Source: Azolla caroliniana (lineage: Eukaryota; Plantae; Polypodiophyta). From it: 64,000 nucleotides of DNA. Below are positions 1 to 11,000 of this stretch, one piece after another (the first letter of the stretch is position 1; the number at the start of each line of letters is the position of its first letter). A program made the translations under genes and the position numbers. The stretch covers positions 4,278,001-4,342,000 of the forward strand of contig JBHGNT010000008.1 in NCBI GenBank assembly GCA_043228905.1, in the 5' to 3' direction. A model generated the notes under the pieces. It searched no databases and was not told the DNA's origin. It saw nothing but the letters and a program-made list of their open reading frames with translations.

Positions 1-90
1 ATTGCTTTGTGTTACGGTTGCACCAACGGTAATCAAATGGTCTTTATCTTTAACCCATGCACCTAGGCTTGAAATCTCATTAACCGTAAC

Positions 91-545
91 TATTATAGAT
101 CATAATACTAATGTAAGCTTAAGATAAGGATAATGAAAAGATAGATAGAAAGGAGAAAGAGAAAGAAGGGTGCCGATCCACCCGACCACCCCCGAGCGAA
201 GGGATGGAGACGGACTCGAGCCTCGATCGGCGTCCCATACCACCGCCGTGGCGTCGAGTCGTACCTGGTGCTGGAGCGCTCGCTACAAAAGTTGACCCAC
301 CACACGAGCAGAGTCTCGATGTAGTCAAAAGATCATCAAATGAGGGTAGCTAGGCCTCTTATTTATAGCGATACCCAAGGCCCCTAGGCAAGTTCACACT
401 TGACCTAATGGGTTGTCTCAATCCCGAGGATTAAAAGTAATCCTCCCCTCCTTTACACTCTCGTTTAACCCTCACACTTATCCACGTGTATAGAATACTA
501 CGGTAAATTCTTACCACGGGATATTATATGGTCATGCCCGTAACA
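91..545 (-). repeat. 3' LTR of gypsy element 1
   Basis: Near-identical to 6660-7114. On the minus strand it starts TGTTACGGG directly after the PPT AAAGAGGGGGGAGTA (546-560). Confidence 0.95.
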
Positions 546-3500
546 TACTCCCCCCTCTTTAAAACATTGCACTCTTGCAATGGAAAGTTAGGGAAGTTAG
601 TTCTAAGAGTATTTTCGCGTTCCCATGTGGCATCTTTTATTGATTTATCCATCCATTTTATTTTAAATTCTCGGATTTCTTTAGTACGTAATTTTTTTGT
701 TTTAACATCGAGAATTCTTTCTGGTACATGTGGTTTAGAAGATAATTCTTCAGAAGTAACCAGAGTTTCAGTCGTAACTGTATTGTCGCCAGAACCTATA
801 AGTTCTTTTAGACGACTCACATGAAAGACTGGATGAATTCCAACACCATCGGGAAGAGCGAGACGATAGGCTGATGACCCAATGCGTTTGAGGACTGTAA
901 AAGGTCCACAAAACCGTGGGGCTAACTTAGCGCACTTACCCGTAGACAATGTCTTAGAATTGTGAGGTACACGTAAAAATACCTTCTGTCCAAGGTTGAA
1001 TACACGAGGTTGCCGATGATGATCGGCATAAAAACGCGCTCTATGTTGAGCTGTTTTTATATTATCTCGTGCAATATGCAACATATCTTGCATATCCCGA
1101 AGAAAGTTTTGCGTACTTCGCAACTCATCATGATGTATAGTAACATCAATCGGGGCTCGTGGCTGAAAACCATACATCAACATAAAAGGACTATATCCCG
1201 TCGACGTATGCTTGGAGCTGTTATAAGCAAACTCCAAAATTGGGAGATAACGTTCCCATTTTGTTGGTTTTGCACCAACGTATGCTCGAAGCATGTCCTC
1301 AATAATTTGATTTACTCGTTCTGTCTGTCCATCGGATTGAGGATGATCCGTGGAGCTCATGCTCAACGTAGTTTCTAACTTCTTAAAGACTTGTGTCCAG
1401 AAGTCACTAGTAAACTTTGGATCTCGATCACTCACGATATCCATCGGTAACCCATAAAAACGAAACAATTCGTCAACGAATTGGTAAGCCAATTCAGGAG
1501 CTGTTACCGTGGTTTTAGTAGCAATAAATCTGGCAATTTTAGTTAGTCGATCAACGACAACCCAGATGGCATCATGACCTTTTTGGGTGCGAGGAAGGCT
1601 AACAATAAAATCCATGGATATACTTTCCCACTTATTATTGGGAATGTCCAAGGGATGTAAAAGTCCTGCGGCTTTAAGTCGCTCGGCTTTGTTAACCTGA
1701 CACTGGTGACATTTAGTCACATAGCTATGTATGTCAGGACGCATCTTAGGCCAATAAAATTGAGTGGAGATGAGAACGAGTGTACGATGTATTCCAGGGT
1801 GCCCTGCTGAGGGTGCATCATGGCATTCAAAAAGAATCCTCTTTTTGACCTCGGGTAAATCTGGAACACAAACCTTCCCATTACGGTAGAGCAAACCGTT
1901 AGCAATGTGGAAGTATTCCTTCGAGGATGTGGTGGTGTCTGTTCCAGACTCAACTCTTGCCTAGTATTTTGCAAAATAACTGTCATCAGGATACTTTCCT
2001 CGAAGGTGATCATAAAGATCTGATGATATTTCAGTGAAGCTAAGCGTGTTAACTTCACGGATGCGACTTAGTGCATCAGCGACAATGTTCATAGAACCTT
2101 TACGATATCGTATGGAAAAATCAAAGTCCTGGATGAGATCAGCCCATCGTGCCTTACGATCTTTCAGGTCTTGTTGGTCACAAAAATATTTCAAGGACTC
2201 GTGGTCCGTAGTTACCACAAAGTGATTTCCATAAAGATAATGGCGCCATGTTTTGAGCGCATGTATAACTGCAAATAATTCCTTTTCTTGAACGGTATAC
2301 CGACATTGAGCAGAATCAAGTTTCTTACTCTCGAATGCTATTGGTTTACCATCTTGATACAATACAACACCTATAGCGTAATCGCTGGCATCGGTTTCAA
2401 CCTCAAAAGGTTTTGAAGGATCGGGTAAAAGAAGTGAAGGAGCCTTGCAAACCAGGTCCTTGAGTTCCTTAAAGGCAAGGTCTAGTGTAGCATTCCACAC
2501 AATAGGTTTTGTAGACTTACGCGTTTGACCTTTTAAAAGATCAGTAAACGGCATCGTCAATTGGGAGTAATTACGAAGAGACTTTCGCAAAAACCCCACA
2601 AAACCAAGGAATGATCGAACTTCTCGAATATTCCGAAGAGTGGGCCAAAGCTTGATTTTCTTCTCAATGCGAGAAGGATCAATTTCAACTCCTCGTTCGG
2701 TTATGAGATGTCCTAGATAAGTAATTGATTTCTTGAAGAACTCACATTTGGAGATCTTCGCATAAAACTGTTTGTCACGCAATGTTTGTAAAACAAAGCG
2801 GACATGTCTAGCATGTTCTTGTAATGTACGGCTATAAACTAAAATATCATCCAAGAAAACAACGACAAATTTTCCAAGTTGTTCTCGGAAAATGTCATTC
2901 ATTTCTTGTTGAAAAGTAGCCGGAGCATTGGTCAAACCAAAAGGCATAACCAAAAACTCGTAATGGCCATAGCGCGTACGAAATGCCGTTTTAGGAACAT
3001 CGTCCTCACTTATTCTTATTTGATGGTAGCCAGTACGGAGATCAAGTTTCGTAAAATACCGAGCTCCCTGGAGACGGTCAATTAGATCGTCAGCCCGGGG
3101 CAATGGATACGAATTCTTGATCGTCACTTTATTCAAGCGTCGGTAATTAATACACATACGCCATGTGCCCTCTTTCTTTTTAACCAAGAGAACTGGTGCA
3201 CCCCATGGAGATTTACTATAACGTATATAACCCATTCGTAAATAGTCCTTGAGTTGCTTAGATACCACATCTTCTTCGGATCGACTTAAGCGATACGGAG
3301 GTATACTTATTGGTGCAACACCAGGTACAATATCTATACGATGGTCTATATTACGTTTAGGAGGTAACCCATCAGGTAGTTCACTTGGAAAAACATCATG
3401 AAAATCATTTAAGATTTCATCAAGTTGTTGTTGTTCAAAATATGTTAATTGAATCGGGACATTATCGATATTGTAAACGTGAATGTCCGGATCAAGTACA

Positions 3501-4969
3501 CAATAAAATAACGTAGAACAAGACAACTCGGATATTGATGGACACGAGGAAACAATCGAGAGGGATTGTTTTTTTACACATTGAATAAAATGCGTACAAT
3601 CGTTCAGTACAAAAGAAATGGAATGATGAACCCAATCAATAAATAAAGAAGAGTTTTTATTATAAAACCAGGGATAACCCAGTATTACATCGGTGGTACA
3701 AAGATTCATTACATGGAAGTCTACTTCCTCTATATAAGTATCAATAGAAATTCCTAATGAATGAATCGCCCCGTTGATGTATTGTACTCTTCCATCAGCC
3801 AAGTGCACCGTGTAGGTGTGATCACTTACGGTGGGTTGGATTCCCCATATCTGAACCAAACGATCATTCACAAAATTGTGTGAGCTTCCCGAATCAAATA
3901 AAAATTGTACGGGAGATCCATTGATATACCCGTTTGCACGTAGTAAATCATTGGGACCCAATACATAGTGAGGGAAAGAACATTGACAATTACTTAAATG
4001 ATGTGTATAGACCTGAAGGACATTAGGAATCTGACCTTTATGGTCTGCAGCTTTAGCTTTGTTGTCGTGCTCTTTCCGTTGGAGCTTTCGACATTGATCT
4101 TTTGTATGACCCTTCTTTTTGCAGAATACACAAAAAGGATGTTGTCGCTTACAATCGCGATCCAGGAATTCGTTGGGTGTCTTGCGTTTCCCAACAAATT
4201 GCGACTGCTTAGTTCTGGGCGCTTCGTTGGGTTTGTTATGGTCCTTCTTCGAAGTGCGTTGATAGCGAAGAACTATTTCAACGGCCTCTTCGAAGGATTT
4301 TGGATCCTTATCGTGCACTATCCAGTGATAGTCCGAATTGGGGATGCCATTGACAAAACAAGCTATCAACCAATTGTCCCCTTCTAGACCCGATTTTTGG
4401 ATTTGGGTTCTAGCATGGTGAACATAGTCTTCTAGCGAGGAAAATTTCCTGCTAGAGAGGTTCATTAAAGCTTGTGCTGCCTCGGTTCGAGAGGGAGGTT
4501 GCAGAAATTGGCCCTTAAAAACCGTGACAAAATCTGTCCAGGTATCGGGCAATTTCCCCATAGTACGGAGGCCACGCCACCAGGCGGCGGCCTTACCCCC
4601 GAGTTCTCGGCCGACATATGCAATCTTCATACTATCTGGCGTGGGATAGAGCTCAAAATGAGACTCCCATCGTCCCAGCCATGTGCAGATTACTTCTTCG
4701 GTTCTTTCCTTTTTGTCTCCCGTAAATGGCTTAACGACAAATGATGGTTCACCTTGTCGCTCATCAGGTCTATTAGTCTCACGTTGTAGACTAATGACAC
4801 GTGCCTCAAGAGCACTCTGAGATTGCCGAAGTTCGGTCATCTGTTGAGCGGTGAAACTAAGGAATTGGGTTATTTGTGCCAAATACATCTCAGTGGACAT
4901 TTGTCCAGGAGGATTCCCTTGAGTTCCTTCCGCTTGAGCGGATGACATCGGGTCGTTAATTTGAGCCAT
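524..4969 (-). pseudogene. Gag-Pol polyprotein with C-terminal chromodomain, interrupted by one in-frame TAG at 1961-1963
   Basis: ORFs 1961-4969 and 524-1894 share a frame. Gag CCHC ([14 protein letters not shown]), protease ([10 protein letters not shown]), RT (VFLDDILVY), RNase H ([10 protein letters not shown]), integrase (HHCC, SDRD, HPQSDGQTER, GPF) and chromodomain (PERILD...KW...ATWE). Confidence 0.93.
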
Positions 4970-6148
4970 TAAAGATTATTTCTGGAAAAGAAATAGGATA
5001 AGGTCAGAGATATAGTCATAACATCATGTCGTGATGTAAACATATCATGGGCGAGCATTAATCGATATCATTATCTCACGTCAATACCCCTCTAGACGTA
5101 TGAGATGAGGTTCAAGATCAGGTTACTATGGTAACACAAAGGTGTTTTAAAAACCATGGGGGTGACAAATAAATGTCTTTCCCTGATCTCTATATCGATT
5201 TTTTCATGGTGGCTCCCCGAGGCTCAACCATGTATGTTCGCGTCATGAATAGTTTATACACGAAAAAAATGTTAACAATAAACTATGTTTCGGTGCCCAC
5301 ATATGTGGTTTCAGCTCTTTAAGTCCTATTACGAGGACCCCGAGGTGCACTTAGACCTTAAGTCTAAACATGTGTTATAGTCATATGTATCAAGGATGTT
5401 GTATGGTCTTGGTCATATTTGAACTCGAGACCTCGAGAACAAATACATTAAACACTTGAGCCAACCAAGTAAGTTGGTCTTCTCGAATGTTTAATGTTTG
5501 ATGCGTATAAGAGATATGCGAGGCAATTGATCATATATGTTTTTTTAAAAGAACATATATGTCAAGGGTCCTTATTTCGCCCTCATTTACCAAAACTATA
5601 TTGGTACGTTACCTAACCTCAAGTCTCGTAATTACGATGGCATACGCCAAAGTGCAACCTAATGGTCAAGCCAAATGAGCCCTTGTGTCGTAGTAGGCTC
5701 ACGTGGGCCATCACATGGTCACGTCATTACGAATGCCTCTCGTAAGAACGAGCTCATGGTGGCATCGTATCCATGTAACGAGGGAGGGATGTTGGATACG
5801 TGCGTCATTGGAGCGACCTCACTTGAAGTGGGTCAAGCCCTACGTACTCAACATCATTTTGGCTATTGGCGTTTCTTTACGTAACGAAATCGAGGTCGTC
5901 AACGGGGTTATCAACAATAAAAAAATGTTGAAAAAGGGATGGTGACAACGCCATTCTCACAAAAATGTGAGGACGGCCACCAACATCCTTTTCCCGATCA
6001 TGACAACTTTCGATATAATCACGTAATAACGAATATACACATATGTTTACTTATCACATATATACGATCAAATACGTATATATGTGACCACATATGCCTA
6101 TATTCAACATATCGTTATAGTAAATAGCCACAAATGATGTGATCGAGA

Positions 6149-6402
6149 TACGTAATCGAGGTATATACCTCTACGCACACGAAACATCCACAAATAAGAG
6201 ATCATCGTAATACGCAATGGAGGTATTGACCTTTTACGCATACGAGACCAAACGCATATCGTTTACAACAAATTAAGGTATTAAACTCATACGCAAACGT
6301 AACATATGTTCGTGAACGTAATACGTAATTGAGGTATTAACCTCGTACGCATACGACACTCATCACATATTATTAATATGTCAAACGAGGTATTGACCTC
6401 GT
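6149..6402 (-). repeat. Array of five ~56-bp units with a conserved hairpin core in the gypsy leader
   Basis: Core AGGTAT at 6159, 6221, 6276, 6332 and 6388 (spacing 62, 55, 56, 56). Consensus TACGYAATNGAGGTATTRACCTCNTACGCA with divergent sequence between cores. Confidence 0.8.
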
Positions 6403-6647
6403 GCACATATGTAAACGTTTTAGATAATCAATTAAAGACCACTACAACATCATTGACTTAATGAAAAAAAATTACATATAAACTAAACACATGATTAGAT
6501 GGGAGAAGAGAGAATAGAAAGAAAAATTCTGGAAAGAGTTACCGAAGTTCTTTGTTGATCGTTGTCTGGATCAAGGCCAACCGCACAACGATCGATCAAC
6601 ATCAATCAAAAGACAAATGAAAAACAAAGAAACATTAGTACAAAAAA

Positions 6648-6657
6648 TCTGATACCA
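6648..6657 (-). other. Primer-binding site (tRNA-iMet type, 10-nt match)
   Basis: Minus strand TGGTATCAGA, 2 nt inside the 5' LTR boundary. Confidence 0.85.
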
Positions 6658-6659
6658 AA

Positions 6660-7114
6660 TATTATAGATCATAATACTAATGTAAGCTTAAGATAAGGAT
6701 AATGAAAAGATAGATAGAAAGGAGAAAGAGAAAGAAGGGTGCCGATCCACCCGACCACCCCCGAGCGAAGGGATGGAGACGGACTCGAGCCTCGATCGGC
6801 GTCCCATACCACCGCCGTGGCGTCGAGTCGTACCTGGTGCTGGAGCGCTCGCTACAAAAGTTGACCCACCACACGAGTAGAGTCTCGATGTAGTCAAAAG
6901 ATCATCAAATGAGGGTAGCTAGGCCTCTTATTTATAGCGATACCCAAGGCCCCCAGGCAAGTTCACACTTGACCTAATGGGTTGTCTCAATCCCGAGGAT
7001 TAAAAGTAATCCTCCCCTCCTTTACACTCTCGTTTAACCCTCACACTTATCCACGTGTATAGAATACTACGATAAATTCTTACCACGGGATATTATATGG
7101 TCATGCCCGTAACA
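6660..7114 (-). repeat. 5' LTR of gypsy element 1
   Basis: Near-identical to 91-545, followed on the minus strand by the PBS. Confidence 0.95.
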
Positions 7115-7440
7115 GTAACAATTCACTAGATAACAACAACGGAATGTAGCAAATGAGCAAAAGACCTCAAGAACTGAGCCATGTCTTCGTTTAGGTTCTT
7201 TATCGATCCATGCAATAATCATATTATCGCGATTGTGAGAAATGAAATTATATCTTAATAAGCCAAAAACGAAGCATTTCAAAGACTTCTGACCATGTCA
7301 AGAGATTCTCATGAAGGCATGCCATTGGTTGGGAAGAGAAGAAGATGATCTCCCTCGAAGCATATGCTAGTGTTGGATAAGCCAGAGCAGAGCAGCACAC
7401 TCTTGGACTAAGCCAAGCTAGAGAGTGAGAGAGAGACTAA

Positions 7441-7848
7441 CAATCGGCAACGGTTCGGTTCGAGAGGGTCAAAATCGAACCAGTTTGGAACCGAACCGTT
7501 AAAAACACGGTTTCGTGGTTTGGTATTGGGTTTCAACTTAGGTCAATTTTTAAAATTTAAAATTTAAAATTATTAAAATTTAAAATTTAAAATTATTAAA
7601 ATTTTAAAGACTCCTAAAATGTGAGAATTCTGAATAAGGTCTAAAAATGAAAAGATTGTTTAAAAACAAATTTTTAATTTTTTTAAAAATATAAAAAAAA
7701 ACCCCGTCAAAACCGCGGTTTCTGAGTGATGAAACCGAACCGAACCGTTAAAAAAAACCTAAACCTGAACCGATCCGTTTAAACAGTTAAGCCGTTAAAA
7801 CATCGGTTTAGCGGTTCGGTTCGGTTCAAACCGAACCGTTGCCGATTG
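7441..7848. mobile_element. MITE-like non-autonomous DNA transposon rich in AACCG/CGGTT motifs
   Basis: 20-bp terminal inverted repeats CAATCGGCAACGGTTCGGTT ... AACCGAACCGTTGCCGATTG, AT-rich core, related partial copy at 55449-55637. No clear TSD. Confidence 0.8.
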
Positions 7849-8048
7849 ATTGTTAAGAGACATATAAATTGGGGGAGGGCTATTTTGGTGAATTTCCAAA
7901 ACGACAAATATATTAATATTATCATTAATTACAAAGTTGTCTCTTTTGGTTGCACTGAAGAAGAAGAAGAAGAAGAAGCAGAAGAAGAAGAAAAGAGGAG
8001 CCAGAAGAAAGAAACTCCATCGCCATCGCCATCGCCATCGCCATCGCC

Positions 8049-11000
8049 ATGGAGATCGAACAGAAGCAGTCCGAGCTTGTGGAGCAGTTCGTAGCGCTCG
8101 CCAAGTCCGCACGCGGCCGAGCTGCCGCCGAGATAATCGTTCATGCCACTTCTCATCGCTCCCTTTTCGCCTTCGCAGAGATCCTCGCCATGCCTCACAT
8201 TCTCGAGGTTAGTTCTTTTGGAGATGAAATGTTTTTTTCTTGTTTTTTTGTTTCTTTTTACCATGATTTCTTGGTTGTCATGCTCTTCTAGAGAGTGTGA
8301 GAGAGAGATGACAAGGATGATGATGATAGTTTTATAACGTCGTGGGAAGCCCAGAAACTTGACTTATGGGATCCATAAAGAACATGATCGGAGTCCCCTC
8401 TCCTGGTGCAGAGGGTGTGGCAACATGTGGCTCGTTTATTTTTCTTATAGTCACATTTATGCATACGTATGACCATGACCATGACTGTGAACATATACAA
8501 ATATTTATATGACAATATACAGATATGTGAACGACATATTACATGTATGTGGCTGAGAGATGGGGGCTTGGTTTGTCTGACTCAGAAAAGTTGTTTGAAG
8601 TTGGTGCATGTCGTAATTGATGGTGAAAAGCATTGTTGTTGATGCAGAGAGGGAAACTCATGTATCTGGTTCCTTTTTAGTGTGGGATCATGTCTATGTT
8701 AGCTAAAGAGCATATGTATGGCTGTGCGTAAAAGAGGCTGGATGACTGTAGCCAAAGCAGTTTTGCGCCAAGTCGGTATGTCAAGTAAGTGATGGTGAGA
8801 AGCATTCTCATTGGTGGCATATGTTTCACATTGGATTGTCGGGTGCTCCTTGTCCTCTAGTTCCTAGTTGGTATGGCTGCGAAACCTCCTCATGTTCCTC
8901 TCTTGATTGGTATGGCTGCGATGAAAAGTGATTTCTATTCTCTCTTTGAATGGAGTGGCCGCATCTCTTTATGTATGTACTGTACCCAACATGCTGGGTT
9001 GTGTGATTGCGGCAATATTACATTTTGCCATTTGAAGCCTATTCTTTTATTTGTCCTCCAGTATTTTCTCAAGGCATGATTCAATGTCCATCATGCATAT
9101 ATCCTCATTGGGTTCCATCCCCTAAACTTCTTGCATCGATTCGTGTTATGAATATTGCTACTAGAGTACTATGCCTAGATTGGTAGACATATTTCCAACT
9201 CACAACTTCAAACATTCGCCTGGTGTTTTAGTAAACAAATGATTTTTTTTACTGCTTAGTGGTCTCGTGGCTAATTTTTCTTAGTGCTTTTGAAATATTT
9301 GTATTGTTCATAATACAATACACTAACTGTGCAGGACTTGTATGATATAGTAAATGAATAATATGATAATATGCTAGCAGAGACCGCCATGACTATGATA
9401 TTTATAATGTGATTGTATCGAAATGTATGTTGAGACTTACTTGAGGCACCCACAAAAATCATACACCTGAATGATGGTCTTAGGAACCAGAAATTATAGG
9501 CAAATGAATCATGGAACTCTCCAAGAAGTCATTGTAGTAAATTCTATAAAAAAACACTCTGATAAGGATAGGATCATATCAGACCATGCTAAGAACCGTT
9601 GCGGAGAGACAAACAAGTTTCTTATTTTCTGTTATTATCATCATTTTGTTTGTTTACACAATTTTTTTGTGTATATGTTATTTACTTTCTGATTTTGATT
9701 GACGAAAAATCTCAGGAGTAATTCTACATGAATTCAGTAATCAATGTTGCAAAGATCTTGACAGCGTGCTTGTTAGTTTCTCAAATTTGGTTCTAGATGT
9801 ACTTTTTGGACGATTTCTTTATTCTATATCTGAAGTCTTCCTTTGAGTAAAGTTTTGGTTTTCTTTTGTTATAGAAGCATCTCTTTCGTTCATAAAATCT
9901 TCCATTGATGAAAGTGATATAAAATTTTCCTATTGTTTTGTCCTCATATTTTGGATTTATTCTTCAGCTTCATGGAACAGAACATTCCAACTTTCTGGAT
10001 TTGTTACGGCTATTTGCCCATGGCACTTGGACTGATTACAAGAGTGAGCAGTTTCCTACTGTTGTGCTATAATCTGGCTAGATACTGACTAGGTAGAGTG
10101 CTCACATGATTTTTCTTCTTTATATTGTAGACAATGCTGCTCAACTTCCACCATTGGGAGCTGATCAGAAGTTGAAACTGAAGCAGCTGACTGTTCTTAC
10201 ACTGGCAGAAGCAGCAAAGGTTTTTGTTTTGAATGGAAAATTGGAAATTTATATTTCTGTAATGTAACATCTTAGATAGACATTATGTCACGAATGCTTT
10301 TATTATCATCTTGTTACAGGTTTTGCCTTATGAACTCTTGATGAAGCAGCTTGATATTTTGAATGTTCGAGAGCTCGAAGACATGCTAATTAATGATTGC
10401 ATGTATGCTGTAAGTGATCCCCTTGCCAATAGTTTGGATAGTGCATAAGTTTGAAATGAATCTGAAATTGCATGGTACACCTACCTTAAATTAAAAAAAG
10501 AAGCTTGTATGTTATGTGACCACTTTTCAAAACCAAGAAATGTGTGTCCTCACTCTCTTTTATTGATATCCCCATATAATGTACTTCTAAGAAGAAACTT
10601 TAATGATTGCACCCCGTTGTTGTCATCATTGGGTTGCTCAGCGGGTGGGAAACTAAGTTTCCCCAAAACAGGATGTAAAGAAATGAGAGTGATTGTATGT
10701 AGTGGAAGGACTGTGTGTGTTACACAACAGAGAGAAAAGAGAGAGAGGCCTCTTAACCAAGAAGATTGTATATTATCATCCAACAGTAACAAAGTTACAA
10801 AGGGTTGGTTTAAATACCAACTAAACTAGGGCAAGGGCCCTTTCTACTATTTACAAAAGTAGCTTGGTATGTCCATGAGCTAGTGTAAAACCTATTTCTA
10901 TGGGAAGTTGAGTTCGATTCTCAACACACCCCTTCGAACACAACTTTCGGATATCGAAAAATTGTTTCGGATCGGTCTCCTTGCGTACTCCTTTTCGGTT

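Larger units (their letters stand above)
91..7114 (-). mobile_element. Full-length Ty3/gypsy LTR retrotransposon (chromovirus), recent insertion
   Basis: 455-bp direct repeats at 91-545 and 6660-7114 with about 3 substitutions by eye. 5-bp TSD GTAAC at 86-90 and 7115-7119. PBS and PPT present. Domain order gag-PR-RT-RH-IN-chromodomain. Confidence 0.97.

Noticed and set aside
108-328. Short ORFs duplicated at 108-328 and 6677-6897
   Set aside because: They are incidental frames inside the two LTRs.
1961-1963. Programmed stop-codon readthrough between RNase H and integrase
   Set aside because: The context TAC TAG GCA lacks a CARYYA-type readthrough motif. A single TGG-to-TAG or CAG-to-TAG mutation is simpler.
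6149-6402. True CRISPR array
   Set aside because: Eukaryotic retroelement context, degenerate repeats, partly related spacers and no cas genes. Kept only as a hairpin array.
7795-8264. Low-complexity ORFs (poly-K, poly-E, WR/HR repeats)
   Set aside because: Translations of (GAA)n and (CCATCG)n microsatellites in the CSN7 leader.
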